A DNA stretch of 63,048 nt, counting the filler, from Candidatus Aminicenantales bacterium (GTDB lineage Bacteria; Acidobacteriota; Aminicenantia; Aminicenantales; Saccharicenantaceae), in the NCBI GenBank assembly GCA_049512315.1. It is 3 parts of 3 records of this genome, joined end to end, with 100 filler letters (N's around TTAATTAATTAA, not from the genome) between each part and the next. Parts side by side here need not be neighbours in the genome. Positions count along the whole stretch, not along the records: positions 1 to 13,099 come from JBEKXF010000014.1; positions 13,200 to 41,719 come from JBEKXF010000034.1; 1 more part is not named here. One strand, written 5' to 3'. A program made the position numbers and the translations under genes. Below, in pieces: positions 10,136-18,126 of this stretch. The notes below the pieces were generated by a model. That model searched no databases and had not been told where the DNA came from. It saw only the letters and a program-made list of their open reading frames with translations. Each line of letters opens with the position of its first letter. Position 1 is the stretch's first letter.

Positions 10136-13099
10136 TTATCTTTTTGACTTCTTATTCGGAACGATTTTCAGGTGAGAATTTATTACCCTTAGGCTCCCTG
10201 CAGCAGTGACGGTAATAGCGAGCGATTTGCTGTTGGTCGCGCTTTTGCTATCGGTGACGGTGAGGGTAGCGGTAAAGCTTCCGGCAGACGAGTAAGAGTG
10301 GGACGGATTCCGGGTTGTGGAGGAGCCGCCGTCCCCGAAAGTCCATCTGTAGGTGTAAGGAGATGTGCCTCCGCTGGCGCTTCCCGTGAAATTCACGGCC
10401 AGAGGAGCCTGTCCTGAAGCCGTCGATCCGGACGCCGAAGCAACCACGGGGGTCGGCGCAGCCGTGACGGTAATAGTGAGAGATTTGCTGTTGGTTGCAG
10501 TTTTGCTATCGGTGACGGTGAGGGTTGCGGTATAGCTCCCGGCGGACGAGTAAGAGTGGGACGGATTCTGGGAGGCGGAAGAGACGCCGTCACCGAAAGC
10601 CCAGCTGTAGGAGTAAGGAGAGGTGCCTCCGCTGGCGCTTCCCGTGAAATTCACGGCCAGAGGAGCCTGTCCTGAAGCCGTCGATCCGGACGCCGAAGCA
10701 ACCACGGGGGTCGGTGCAGCCGTGACGGTAATAGTGAGAGATTTGCTGTTCGTTGCGCTTTTGCTATCAGTGACCGTGAGAGTAGCGGTATAGCTGCCGG
10801 CAGACGAGTAGGTGTGGGATGGATTCTGAGAGGTGGAAGAGCTACCGTCACCGAAAGTCCAGCTGTAGGAGTACGGAGAGGTGCCTCCGCTGGCGCTTCC
10901 GGTAAGATTCACGGCCAGAGGAGCCTGCCCTGAAGCCGTCGATCCAGACGCCGAAGCAACCACGGGGGTCGGTGCAGCTGTGACGGTAATAGTGAGTGAG
11001 TTGCTGTTGGTTGCGCTTTGGCTATCAGTGACGGTGAGGGTAGCGGTATAGCTGCCGGCAGATGAGTAAGTGTGGGATGGATTCTGAGAGGTGGAAGAGC
11101 TACCGTCACCGAAAGTCCAGCCATAGGAGTAAGGAGAGGTGCCTCCGCTGGCGCTTCCCGTGAAATTCACGGCCAGAGGAGCCTGTCCTGAAGCCGTCGA
11201 TCCAGACGCCGAAGCAACCAGGGGGGTCGGTGCAGCCGTGACGGTAATAGTGAGAGTGTTGCTGTTGGTTGTGCTTTTGCTATCGGTGACCGTGAGGGTT
11301 GCGGTATAGCTGCCGGCAGATGAGTAGGTGTGGGATGGATTCTGGGAGGCAGAGGTGACGCCGTCACCGAATGCCCAGCTATAGGTGTAAGGAGCGGTGC
11401 CTCCGCTGGCGCTTCCCGTGAAATTCACGGCCAGAGGAGCCTGTCCTGAAGCCGTCGATCCAGACGCCGAAGCAACCACTGGGGTCGGTGCAGCTGTGAC
11501 GGTAATAGCGAGTGAGTTGCTGTTGGTCGCACTTTTGCTATCAGTGACAGTGAGGGTAGCGGTATAGCTGCCGGCAGACGAGTAGGTGTGGGATGGATTC
11601 TGGGAGGCAGAGGAGACGCCGTCACCGAAAGCCCAGCTATAGGAGTACGGAGAGGTGCCTCCGCTGGCGCTTCCTGTGAAATTCACGGCTAGAGGAGCCT
11701 GCCCTGAAGTGGGCGAAGCAACGATACCAGCGCTAAGTGGCACATTGGCAGTAACGCTAATGTTCACCGTCGAACTGATAGTTGCAGAAGGGTTATCGGT
11801 GACCGTGAGAGTAGCGGCATAGCTGCCGGCAGACGAGTAGGTGTGGGAGGGATTCTGGGTTGTGGAGGATCCGCCGTCACCGAAAGTCCAGCTATAGGAG
11901 TACGGAGAGGTGCCTCCGCTGGCGCTTCCCGTGAAATTCACGGCCAGAGGAGCCTGCCCTGAGGTGGGAGAAGCATAAATATTAGCGCTAAGTGACACAT
12001 TCGCAATAACGTCAATGTTCGCCGTCGAGCTGGCAGTTGCAGAGGCGTTATCGGTAACGATGAGGGTTGCAGTATAGCTGCCGGCAGACGGGTACGTATG
12101 GGACGGATTCTGAGTTGTAGAGGATTGGCCATCACCGAAATTCCAATTAAAACTGTAAGGGGAAGAGCCTCCGCTGACGCTTGCCGTGAAATTCACGGCC
12201 AAAGGAGCATCTCCCGTTGTAGGGGAAGCGGTTATGCTCGCTGCCAAGGGGATAGAGCCAGCTTCGAATTCTACTGCTCCCACATCAACGCCGTTTCCAA
12301 ATGGCACTGGGTCTCCGTAAAAATCTTTCTTCAGCCCCAGATTTATTCCGGCATCGATACAGGGGGAATCTGATCTTAGATGAAAATCCTTTTTGGAAAC
12401 GTCGGTGAATTTGGGGTCTGCGCTTCTGGAATACGAATCTTGAGCAGTAATAGTCTTCCAATTTGCGAAATTACATCCTGAATAATTCCACACAAACATA
12501 GATCCAGTATTTGGATAATATGTATTGAAGTTGAAGTCGGACCCTGTCACGCCTGCCCAAACTCCAATATGGAACGTGATACTACCCAAAAATATGTTAT
12601 TTTTGATAGAACAGTAATTGGCTTGGGGAACTAATAAACCTACCGCTTCTTGGTTGTTATAAAAAACGTTATTAAAAACTGATACAGATGCCCCCTCTAT
12701 ATAAACGCCCCTTCCCCTATCCGGAGAGGTCCTGATATGGTCATAGATCAAGTTGTAATATATCTGTATGCCCGTACAGACGGCTCCGGCTCCGCCATAA
12801 TTGATTTGAACCCCTACCATGTCAATGGCCGTGTTTTTCCCGTTTCCGTGGATGCGGTTGTAACGGACAATATCGTTGGTGGACGGCTGCAATACTTCAT
12901 CGCAAGCTATCCCTATTCCCCGTCCCCAATTGTCATAGATGTCACAGTATTCGACAATTATATTGTCACCATTACAAATTCCTACTCCGTATCCCTCGCC
13001 GCCGGCTACGCTGCCATAGAGAGTGCTATGGGAAATTACCCCATCGTCGGCCCGGTTGAAATAGATATTATCTCCATTTCCGTACGCCGTGACATTAGA
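10136..13099 (-). CDS. Parallel beta-helix protein with 8 tandem PKD domains (5' end cut by contig boundary)
   Basis: The frame stays open upstream of 12892 (IIVEYCDIYDNWGRGIGI) toward the gap; DFHLRSDSPCIDAG motif; eight PLAVNFT...W.FGDG...NPSH.Y...G.Y units. Confidence 0.88.
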   Translation of the reverse strand, partial: SNVTAYGNGDNIYFNRADDGVISHSTLYGSVAGGEGYGVGICNGDNIIVEYCDIYDNWGRGIGIACDEVLQPSTNDIVRYNRIHGNGKNTAIDMVGVQINYGGAGAVCTGIQIYYNLIYDHIRTSPDRGRGVYIEGASVSVFNNVFYNNQEAVGLLVPQANYCSIKNNIFLGSITFHIGVWAGVTGSDFNFNTYYPNTGSMFVWNYSGCNFANWKTITAQDSYSRSADPKFTDVSKKDFHLRSDSPCIDAGINLGLKKDFYGDPVPFGNGVDVGAVEFEAGSIPLAASITASPTTGDAPLAVNFTASVSGGSSPYSFNWNFGDGQSSTTQNPSHTYPSAGSYTATLIVTDNASATASSTANIDVIANVSLSANIYASPTSGQAPLAVNFTGSASGGTSPYSYSWTFGDGGSSTTQNPSHTYSSAGSYAATLTVTDNPSATISSTVNISVTANVPLSAGIVASPTSGQAPLAVNFTGSASGGTSPYSYSWAFGDGVSSASQNPSHTYSSAGSYTATLTVTDSKSATNSNSLAITVTAAPTPVVASASGSTASGQAPLAVNFTGSASGGTAPYTYSWAFGDGVTSASQNPSHTYSSAGSYTATLTVTDSKSTTNSNTLTITVTAAPTPLVASASGSTASGQAPLAVNFTGSASGGTSPYSYGWTFGDGSSSTSQNPSHTYSSAGSYTATLTVTDSQSATNSNSLTITVTAAPTPVVASASGSTASGQAPLAVNLTGSASGGTSPYSYSWTFGDGSSSTSQNPSHTYSSAGSYTATLTVTDSKSATNSKSLTITVTAAPTPVVASASGSTASGQAPLAVNFTGSASGGTSPYSYSWAFGDGVSSASQNPSHSYSSAGSYTATLTVTDSKTATNSKSLTITVTAAPTPVVASASGSTASGQAPLAVNFTGSASGGTSPYTYRWTFGDGGSSTTRNPSHSYSSAGSFTATLTVTDSKSATNSKSLAITVTAAGSLRVINSHLKIVPNKKSKR
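10205..12250 (-). repeat. Intragenic tandem repeat, 8 units of 255-258 bp (PKD domains)
   Basis: TTCACGGC motif recurs near 10392, 10650, 10907, 11166, 11424, 11681, 11937 and 12192. Confidence 0.92.
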
Positions 13100-13199
13100 N
13101 NNNNNNNNNNNNNNNNNNNNNNNNNNNNNNNNNNNNNNNNNNNTTAATTAATTAANNNNNNNNNNNNNNNNNNNNNNNNNNNNNNNNNNNNNNNNNNNN
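13100..13199. other. Artificial contig linker (N-run/TTAATTAATTAA/N-run)
   Basis: Six-frame stop sequence embedded in Ns. Confidence 0.97.
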
Positions 13200-13319
13200 C
13201 TTATTTCCCGGCAGGGCTGGATCAGCGTGCCCTGGCTAAGGATGGACCCACGCTGGCGCCCGCTACAGGGGAACTCGAGCTTCGAGACGCTGCTGGCTAA
13301 GTACGAGTTGAAGAAATAG
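13200..13319 (+). CDS. 3' end of a gene, probably a TPR-type Ser/Thr kinase (truncated by contig start)
   Basis: Reads ISRQGWISVPWLRMDPRWRPLQGNSSFETLLAKYELKK*, resembling the LR.DP.W.PL....F..LL tail of kinase/TPR proteins. Confidence 0.6.
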   Translation, partial: LISRQGWISVPWLRMDPRWRPLQGNSSFETLLAKYELKK

Positions 13320-13337
13320 CATGGGGGCCGTCAGGAT

Positions 13338-13383
13338 ACTCCGGATCCAAAGGTCGGAGGTTCGAATCCTCTCAGGCACGCCA
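13338..13383 (+). tRNA. 3' fragment of tRNA-Arg(CCG), att-like and not a functional tRNA
   Basis: ACTCCGGA-TCCAA-AGGTC-GGAGG-TTCGAAT-CCTCT-CAGGCAC-G-CCA; similarity begins at the anticodon loop and the 5' half is absent. Confidence 0.85.
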
Positions 13384-13386
13384 CGT

Positions 13387-13416
13387 TTGACTTCCCGCCC
13401 ATCCCTCTGTTAATCT
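13387..13416 (+). promoter_or_regulatory. Sigma70 promoter of kinase gene 1
   Basis: TTGACT-18 bp-TAATCT with extended -10 TG; identical copy at 21191-21220. Confidence 0.7.
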
Positions 13417-13444
13417 GAGGCCAAGCTGGAAAAGGGGAGTTCGC

Positions 13445-16400
13445 TTGGCCAACAAGTGCCCGACCTGCCATTCTGACAATCCTGATACCCTGAAATTCTG
13501 CGGGGAGTGCGGCACCCAGCTTCCTCCGCCCCAAGGTCATCCTCCGGTCGTGACCGAAACTCTCCAGACACCCGTCCGCGAACTGACGACAGGCTCCACA
13601 TTCGCCGGCCGCTACCAGGTCATTGAGGAACTCGGCCACGGCGGCATGGGCCGGGTCTACAAGGTCCAGGACACGGACATCAAAGAGAAAGTCGCCCTCA
13701 AGCTGCTGCGTCCCGAGATCACCCTGGATAAAGAAGCGGTCGAGCGGTTCTCGAACGAGCTTAAGCTCGCCCGGAAGATCAGCCACAGGAACGTCTGCCG
13801 GATGTTCGACCTAGGCAGGGCCGAGGGCACGACTTTCATCACCATGGAGTTCGTGCCGGGAGAGGACCTGAAGAGCTTCCTCCATAGGGCAAAACAGCTC
13901 AGCATAGGAACCGCGGTATCCATTGCCAGGCAAGTATGCGAGGGGTTGGAGGAGGCGCACAGGCTGGGGATTGTTCACCGGGACCTGAAGCCCGGCAACA
14001 TCATGATCGACAAGGACGGGGATGCCAAGATCATGGACTTCGGGATCGCCCGGTCGCTCTCGGGGAGAGGCATCACGGGCGCCGGGGTGCTGATCGGGAC
14101 GCCCGAGTACATGAGCCCAGAGCAGGTCGATGGGAAAGAGGTCGACCAGAGGTCTGATCTCTATTCGCTAGGGGTCATTCTCTATGAGATGGTCACGGGG
14201 CGGATTCCGTTTTCTGGCGATACTCCGCTCAGCGTTGCCCATAAGCAGAGGTATGAAGCGCCCGAGGACCCGAAGAAGCTCAACGCCCACGTATCCGATG
14301 ACCTTGCCGGGGTCATCCTCAAATGTCTGGCTAAGGACAGAGACAAGAGGTTTCAGAGTGCGGCCGAGCTCGGGGCGGAGCTCGGACGGATAGAACAGGG
14401 CCTCCCCACAACGGATCGAATCGTCTCTAAGAAAAAAGCCCTGACATCGAAGGAATTCACAGTCAAATTCACGCCGAAGAAGCTTCTTCTCCCTGCCGCT
14501 GCTCTCATAGTCATTGTCGTCCTCGCAATCCTCCTCTGGCACCCTCCCTCTCATAACAAGGGTCAACTCGTTTTATCCGGGAAACCTTCTCTCGCCGTCC
14601 TCCCCTTTGTAAACTACTCAGGCGATGCCAGCCTCGAGAACTGGCGCGATGGTTTTCCGATGCTCCTCACCACCGGCCTCTCCGCATCAAAATACCTCAA
14701 GGTGTTGCGGCAGGACGAAGTGAACGGTGTGCTCAAGAAACTGAACCTCACCGAAGGGAAAGCCCTGACTTCCGATAACATCAAGAAGATCGCCCAGGAA
14801 GCCGAGGTGACGAGCCTTCTTGAGGCGAGTTTCGTCAAGGCCGGCCCGAATCTCATCATCACAGCCGTTCTGGTCAATGGCCAAACCGGCGAGACGCAAG
14901 CCACGCTCTCGATGAAACCGCAGACTATAGAGAATATCTTGGGAGGGGGGCTGGATGGCCTCGTCAAGGAGATCAAGCAAGGCCTGAACATCACTCAGGA
15001 GCAGCTGGCCTCGGACATCGACGTGGAGATCGGGAACGTGATGACCAGGAACCCCGAAGCTCTGAAATACTATGTCGAGGGCGAAAGGCTTCATCTGGCT
15101 ACTAGACAGGCCGAGGCAATCGAGCCTTTAAAGAAGGCCGTCGAGCTCGACCCCGATTTTGCCATGGCTCACAGGCTGCTCGGAGTCCTCTATGGGAACC
15201 TGGGACAATCTGCCAAGAGCAAGGAGAGCTACGAGAAGGCCTTCCGGCTCAAAGACCGGATGCCGCCACGGGAATACTACATACTCCAGGGCGATTATTA
15301 CAAGCAGTCCGAGGAGACCTATCCCAAGGCGATCGAGATGTATAAGAAAGTCCTGGACATCTACCCGGACGACTATCTCGGGAATCACCTGCTCGCTTGG
15401 GCATATCACTGGTCAGGCGAATTGAATCTGGCCATAGAGCAATACTCTAAGATATTGAAGAGCAGGCCGAGGGATCTGATGATCTACACCAATGTCGCTG
15501 ACGAGTATGCAGAGCTAGGGGAATATGAGAAAGCGACGCAGACCATGAAGGAATTTGTTGCCAATAACCCGGGAAACGATTTAGGCCATGCCTGGCTCGG
15601 TTCATGCTACATAATGCAGAGAAGATTTGACCTGGCAACGCAGGAAGTGGATCAAGCGATAACTATTCGTCCAGATAAAACGATATGGTCAGGGTGGAAA
15701 GGAGATATTTCATATTGCAAAGATGATCTTGAGGAGGCCGTCGGATTCTATCGGACCTGGCTGGATAACACAAAAAGTGATAGAGAAAAAACGAGGGCCG
15801 TGTGGAGACTTAATTGCATAGACATCCTGACGGGAAAACCCGAAGAGGCCCTGACTCGGTTCAAATCCTATCAGGAGCTGTTTGAAAAGATAGATCCGCT
15901 TACTTTTCATTACGATAGAGGTCATGTTTACATGGCAAGTCAGATGGCTGAACTAGCGCTCGAAGAATTTAAGAAAGCAGACGCCCTTGTCCCGGAAAGC
16001 GGAGCCCGCAACAAGAGAGAGAGCTATTTTTGGGAAGCCGTCGCCCAATTGGAAAAAGGGGACTTTCCTGAAGTTGAAAAGCTTTGTGGGGAGATTGATC
16101 GCCTTCTTCCCAGGTTCTTGAGGAATAAGGAAGAGAACACTCCCTACCTTCTGGGAAGGTTGACGCTGGCCAGAAAGAACTTGCCTGATGCTCTGAAGCT
16201 CCTCGACGAAACCCTGGCTAATTGCCCAAGAGACTCCATTGACGGATCGGGTAATAATGCACTTTATCTTGACAGCCTAGCTTCAGCCTGCCTCGAGATG
16301 GGAGACGTCGACGATGCACTCAAGAACTATGAAAAGATCACCCTCTTGACTACCCTCCGGTTTGCTTGGGGAGATCTCTACGCTAAGAGTTTCTATAGCC

Positions 16401-16540
16401 TGGGCAAGATCTACGAACAGAAAGGATTAAAGGGCAAGGCAGCCGAAAACTTCGAAAAATTCATCAGCCTCTGGAAAGACTGCGAGCCCCGGTTCCGGCC
16501 GCTCGTCGACGACGCCAGGAAACGGCTGGCCGGTCTTTAG
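13445..16540 (+). CDS. Zinc-ribbon Hanks-type Ser/Thr kinase with TM helix, TolB-N-like domain and TPR array
   Basis: CPTC...FCGEC ribbon; LGHGGMG, VALK, HRDLKPGN, DFG, GTPEYMSPEQ; hydrophobic TM; SLAVLPF; TPR repeats; TTG start after AAGGGGAG. Confidence 0.93.
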   Translation: MANKCPTCHSDNPDTLKFCGECGTQLPPPQGHPPVVTETLQTPVRELTTGSTFAGRYQVIEELGHGGMGRVYKVQDTDIKEKVALKLLRPEITLDKEAVERFSNELKLARKISHRNVCRMFDLGRAEGTTFITMEFVPGEDLKSFLHRAKQLSIGTAVSIARQVCEGLEEAHRLGIVHRDLKPGNIMIDKDGDAKIMDFGIARSLSGRGITGAGVLIGTPEYMSPEQVDGKEVDQRSDLYSLGVILYEMVTGRIPFSGDTPLSVAHKQRYEAPEDPKKLNAHVSDDLAGVILKCLAKDRDKRFQSAAELGAELGRIEQGLPTTDRIVSKKKALTSKEFTVKFTPKKLLLPAAALIVIVVLAILLWHPPSHNKGQLVLSGKPSLAVLPFVNYSGDASLENWRDGFPMLLTTGLSASKYLKVLRQDEVNGVLKKLNLTEGKALTSDNIKKIAQEAEVTSLLEASFVKAGPNLIITAVLVNGQTGETQATLSMKPQTIENILGGGLDGLVKEIKQGLNITQEQLASDIDVEIGNVMTRNPEALKYYVEGERLHLATRQAEAIEPLKKAVELDPDFAMAHRLLGVLYGNLGQSAKSKESYEKAFRLKDRMPPREYYILQGDYYKQSEETYPKAIEMYKKVLDIYPDDYLGNHLLAWAYHWSGELNLAIEQYSKILKSRPRDLMIYTNVADEYAELGEYEKATQTMKEFVANNPGNDLGHAWLGSCYIMQRRFDLATQEVDQAITIRPDKTIWSGWKGDISYCKDDLEEAVGFYRTWLDNTKSDREKTRAVWRLNCIDILTGKPEEALTRFKSYQELFEKIDPLTFHYDRGHVYMASQMAELALEEFKKADALVPESGARNKRESYFWEAVAQLEKGDFPEVEKLCGEIDRLLPRFLRNKEENTPYLLGRLTLARKNLPDALKLLDETLANCPRDSIDGSGNNALYLDSLASACLEMGDVDDALKNYEKITLLTTLRFAWGDLYAKSFYSLGKIYEQKGLKGKAAENFEKFISLWKDCEPRFRPLVDDARKRLAGL

Positions 16541-17100
16541 ATAAGTGCCGTTCTCCTCATATGCTTTTTTTACTAGCGCAGATTAGAGAGGGGGTAACGT
16601 CCTACATAAATACTCATTGGGGGGAGATGGGTATGTCTTTGTCTTGGAGCTATGTGGGCGTAGGAATATCAAGAGAAAGAAACATCAGTAACTCATATCC
16701 TTGGTTCTTGTTATCTTTTTGTTATCCCATTCCCGTCTTCGTACCTTGGGCATAGTGGGGGATAGTGCCTGAGGGCTTATCGCCTTGGGGATCCGCCTGA
16801 TGGCGATCGAGCTTCCCTGGTATTGCGGACCAGGAGAGCTTGAAGATCGCACTTCACGGGTGGCACATTGAGCGGGGGGGAAGGTCATGATGCTGATCGA
16901 CGATAACGGAAAGGTCTGCGCCAGCCCCACGGAACTCTCAAGCTCCTGTTCAATGGAATCTATTACGGCGGCGCCGAGACCTTCGATTTGAGGTAGAATT
17001 ATGTTAGAAACGCGAAGCTGCGGCGGATATCTATCCGGAGGTAACGCCTGGCTCTCCTCGAAGGATAGATATCCTCCGGGGTTCGCGGCGGGGGAGTGAC

Positions 17101-17967
17101 TTGAAGGCCGTTGCCGTTTCCGATTTGCATGGACTGGAAACCAGGTTCGTGCTCATTGGGAGGCTTCTCGATGAGGGCGTTGATACTCTTTTCATCGTAG
17201 GGGACATCGCGGCATCGGCAAATCCCGAAATTCAACAAGCCGGTGTCCGGAGAAGCTTCAGCAAGCTCCTGAAAGGCCGAAGGGGAGTCCGCATCTTCGC
17301 CATTCCGGGAAATGACGACTGGGCCATCGTGGAGACGGCTCTCCGGGAATTTTCTGAGGTCACGGTTCCCACGGATCACGCCTATGCTCTAGCCGCCGGC
17401 ATTTCGATCGTCGGGTATCCCTTCGTGCCGATCACGCCGTTCCTCATGAAAGATTTTGAAAAATGGGACAAGGAAGACGAGCCTGTCCTTCCGGATGATC
17501 CGGGGGCGATCGAAGCGGCCCTGCTAGCGAATCGGTTGAATGTCCTGGGGCTGAGGTCCAGCGGCGCGGACCTTTTGGATTATGCCTTCGATCCCGGGGA
17601 CCGGAGAGATAACATCAGCCGGGACCTTGAGAGAATCTCCCGCTTCTCTGACCCTCGGGAGACCGTTTATCTATTCCATTGCCCTCCGCACGGGTTCATG
17701 GACGGCGGGATTTCTATCGACTCCCCGATTCATATCGGAAGCAAGGCGATCCGGGCGTTTATCGAAAAAAGCCAGCCGCGGGTGACCGTGCATGGCCACA
17801 GTCACGATTCTGTCGACCAGGCGGGAGGGACCTTCCAATTTTCTCTAGGATTTTCGAAAGGGCTAGCCGTCGGCCCTGGAAATGATCCGAACATCCTGAA
17901 TTACCTTCTTCTAGACCTCGAAAACGAAGTCTATACACGGCGGCAAATGGCAGATCATAGCCGCTGA
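17101..17967 (+). CDS. Calcineurin-like metallophosphoesterase (Icc-related)
   Basis: SDLHG, VGDI, PGNDD, FHCPP, HGHSH motifs. Confidence 0.88.
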   Translation: MKAVAVSDLHGLETRFVLIGRLLDEGVDTLFIVGDIAASANPEIQQAGVRRSFSKLLKGRRGVRIFAIPGNDDWAIVETALREFSEVTVPTDHAYALAAGISIVGYPFVPITPFLMKDFEKWDKEDEPVLPDDPGAIEAALLANRLNVLGLRSSGADLLDYAFDPGDRRDNISRDLERISRFSDPRETVYLFHCPPHGFMDGGISIDSPIHIGSKAIRAFIEKSQPRVTVHGHSHDSVDQAGGTFQFSLGFSKGLAVGPGNDPNILNYLLLDLENEVYTRRQMADHSR

Positions 17968-18070
17968 AGGTCTAGTGCCGCCGTCCGTGACTCGAACGCA
18001 CTTGCCGGTGTAGGTCTCTCTGGTGAGATTTTATCGAGCATTGAGAGGGTCATGTTGCGCCTAGCTACGT

Positions 18071-18099
18071 TTGACTTCCCTCCCTGACGGCGTTATCCT
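18071..18099 (+). promoter_or_regulatory. Sigma70 promoter of kinase gene 2, related to those of kinases 1 and 3
   Basis: ACGTTTGACTTCCC shared with 13383-13396; TTGACT-17 bp-TATCCT. Confidence 0.65.
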
Positions 18100-18126
18100 T
18101 AGGCCAGCAAAGAAAAGGGGGCCAGC

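Noticed and set aside
10205..12250. CRISPR array or DGR template/variable repeats
   Set aside because: The repeats are in-frame 85-86-codon PKD domains with no spacers, and no cas or reverse transcriptase gene is in the window.
13100..13199. Repeated TTAATTAATTAA palindrome (also at 41764)
   Set aside because: Assembly linker inside N-runs. Adjacency across it is not biological, so the three segments were treated separately.
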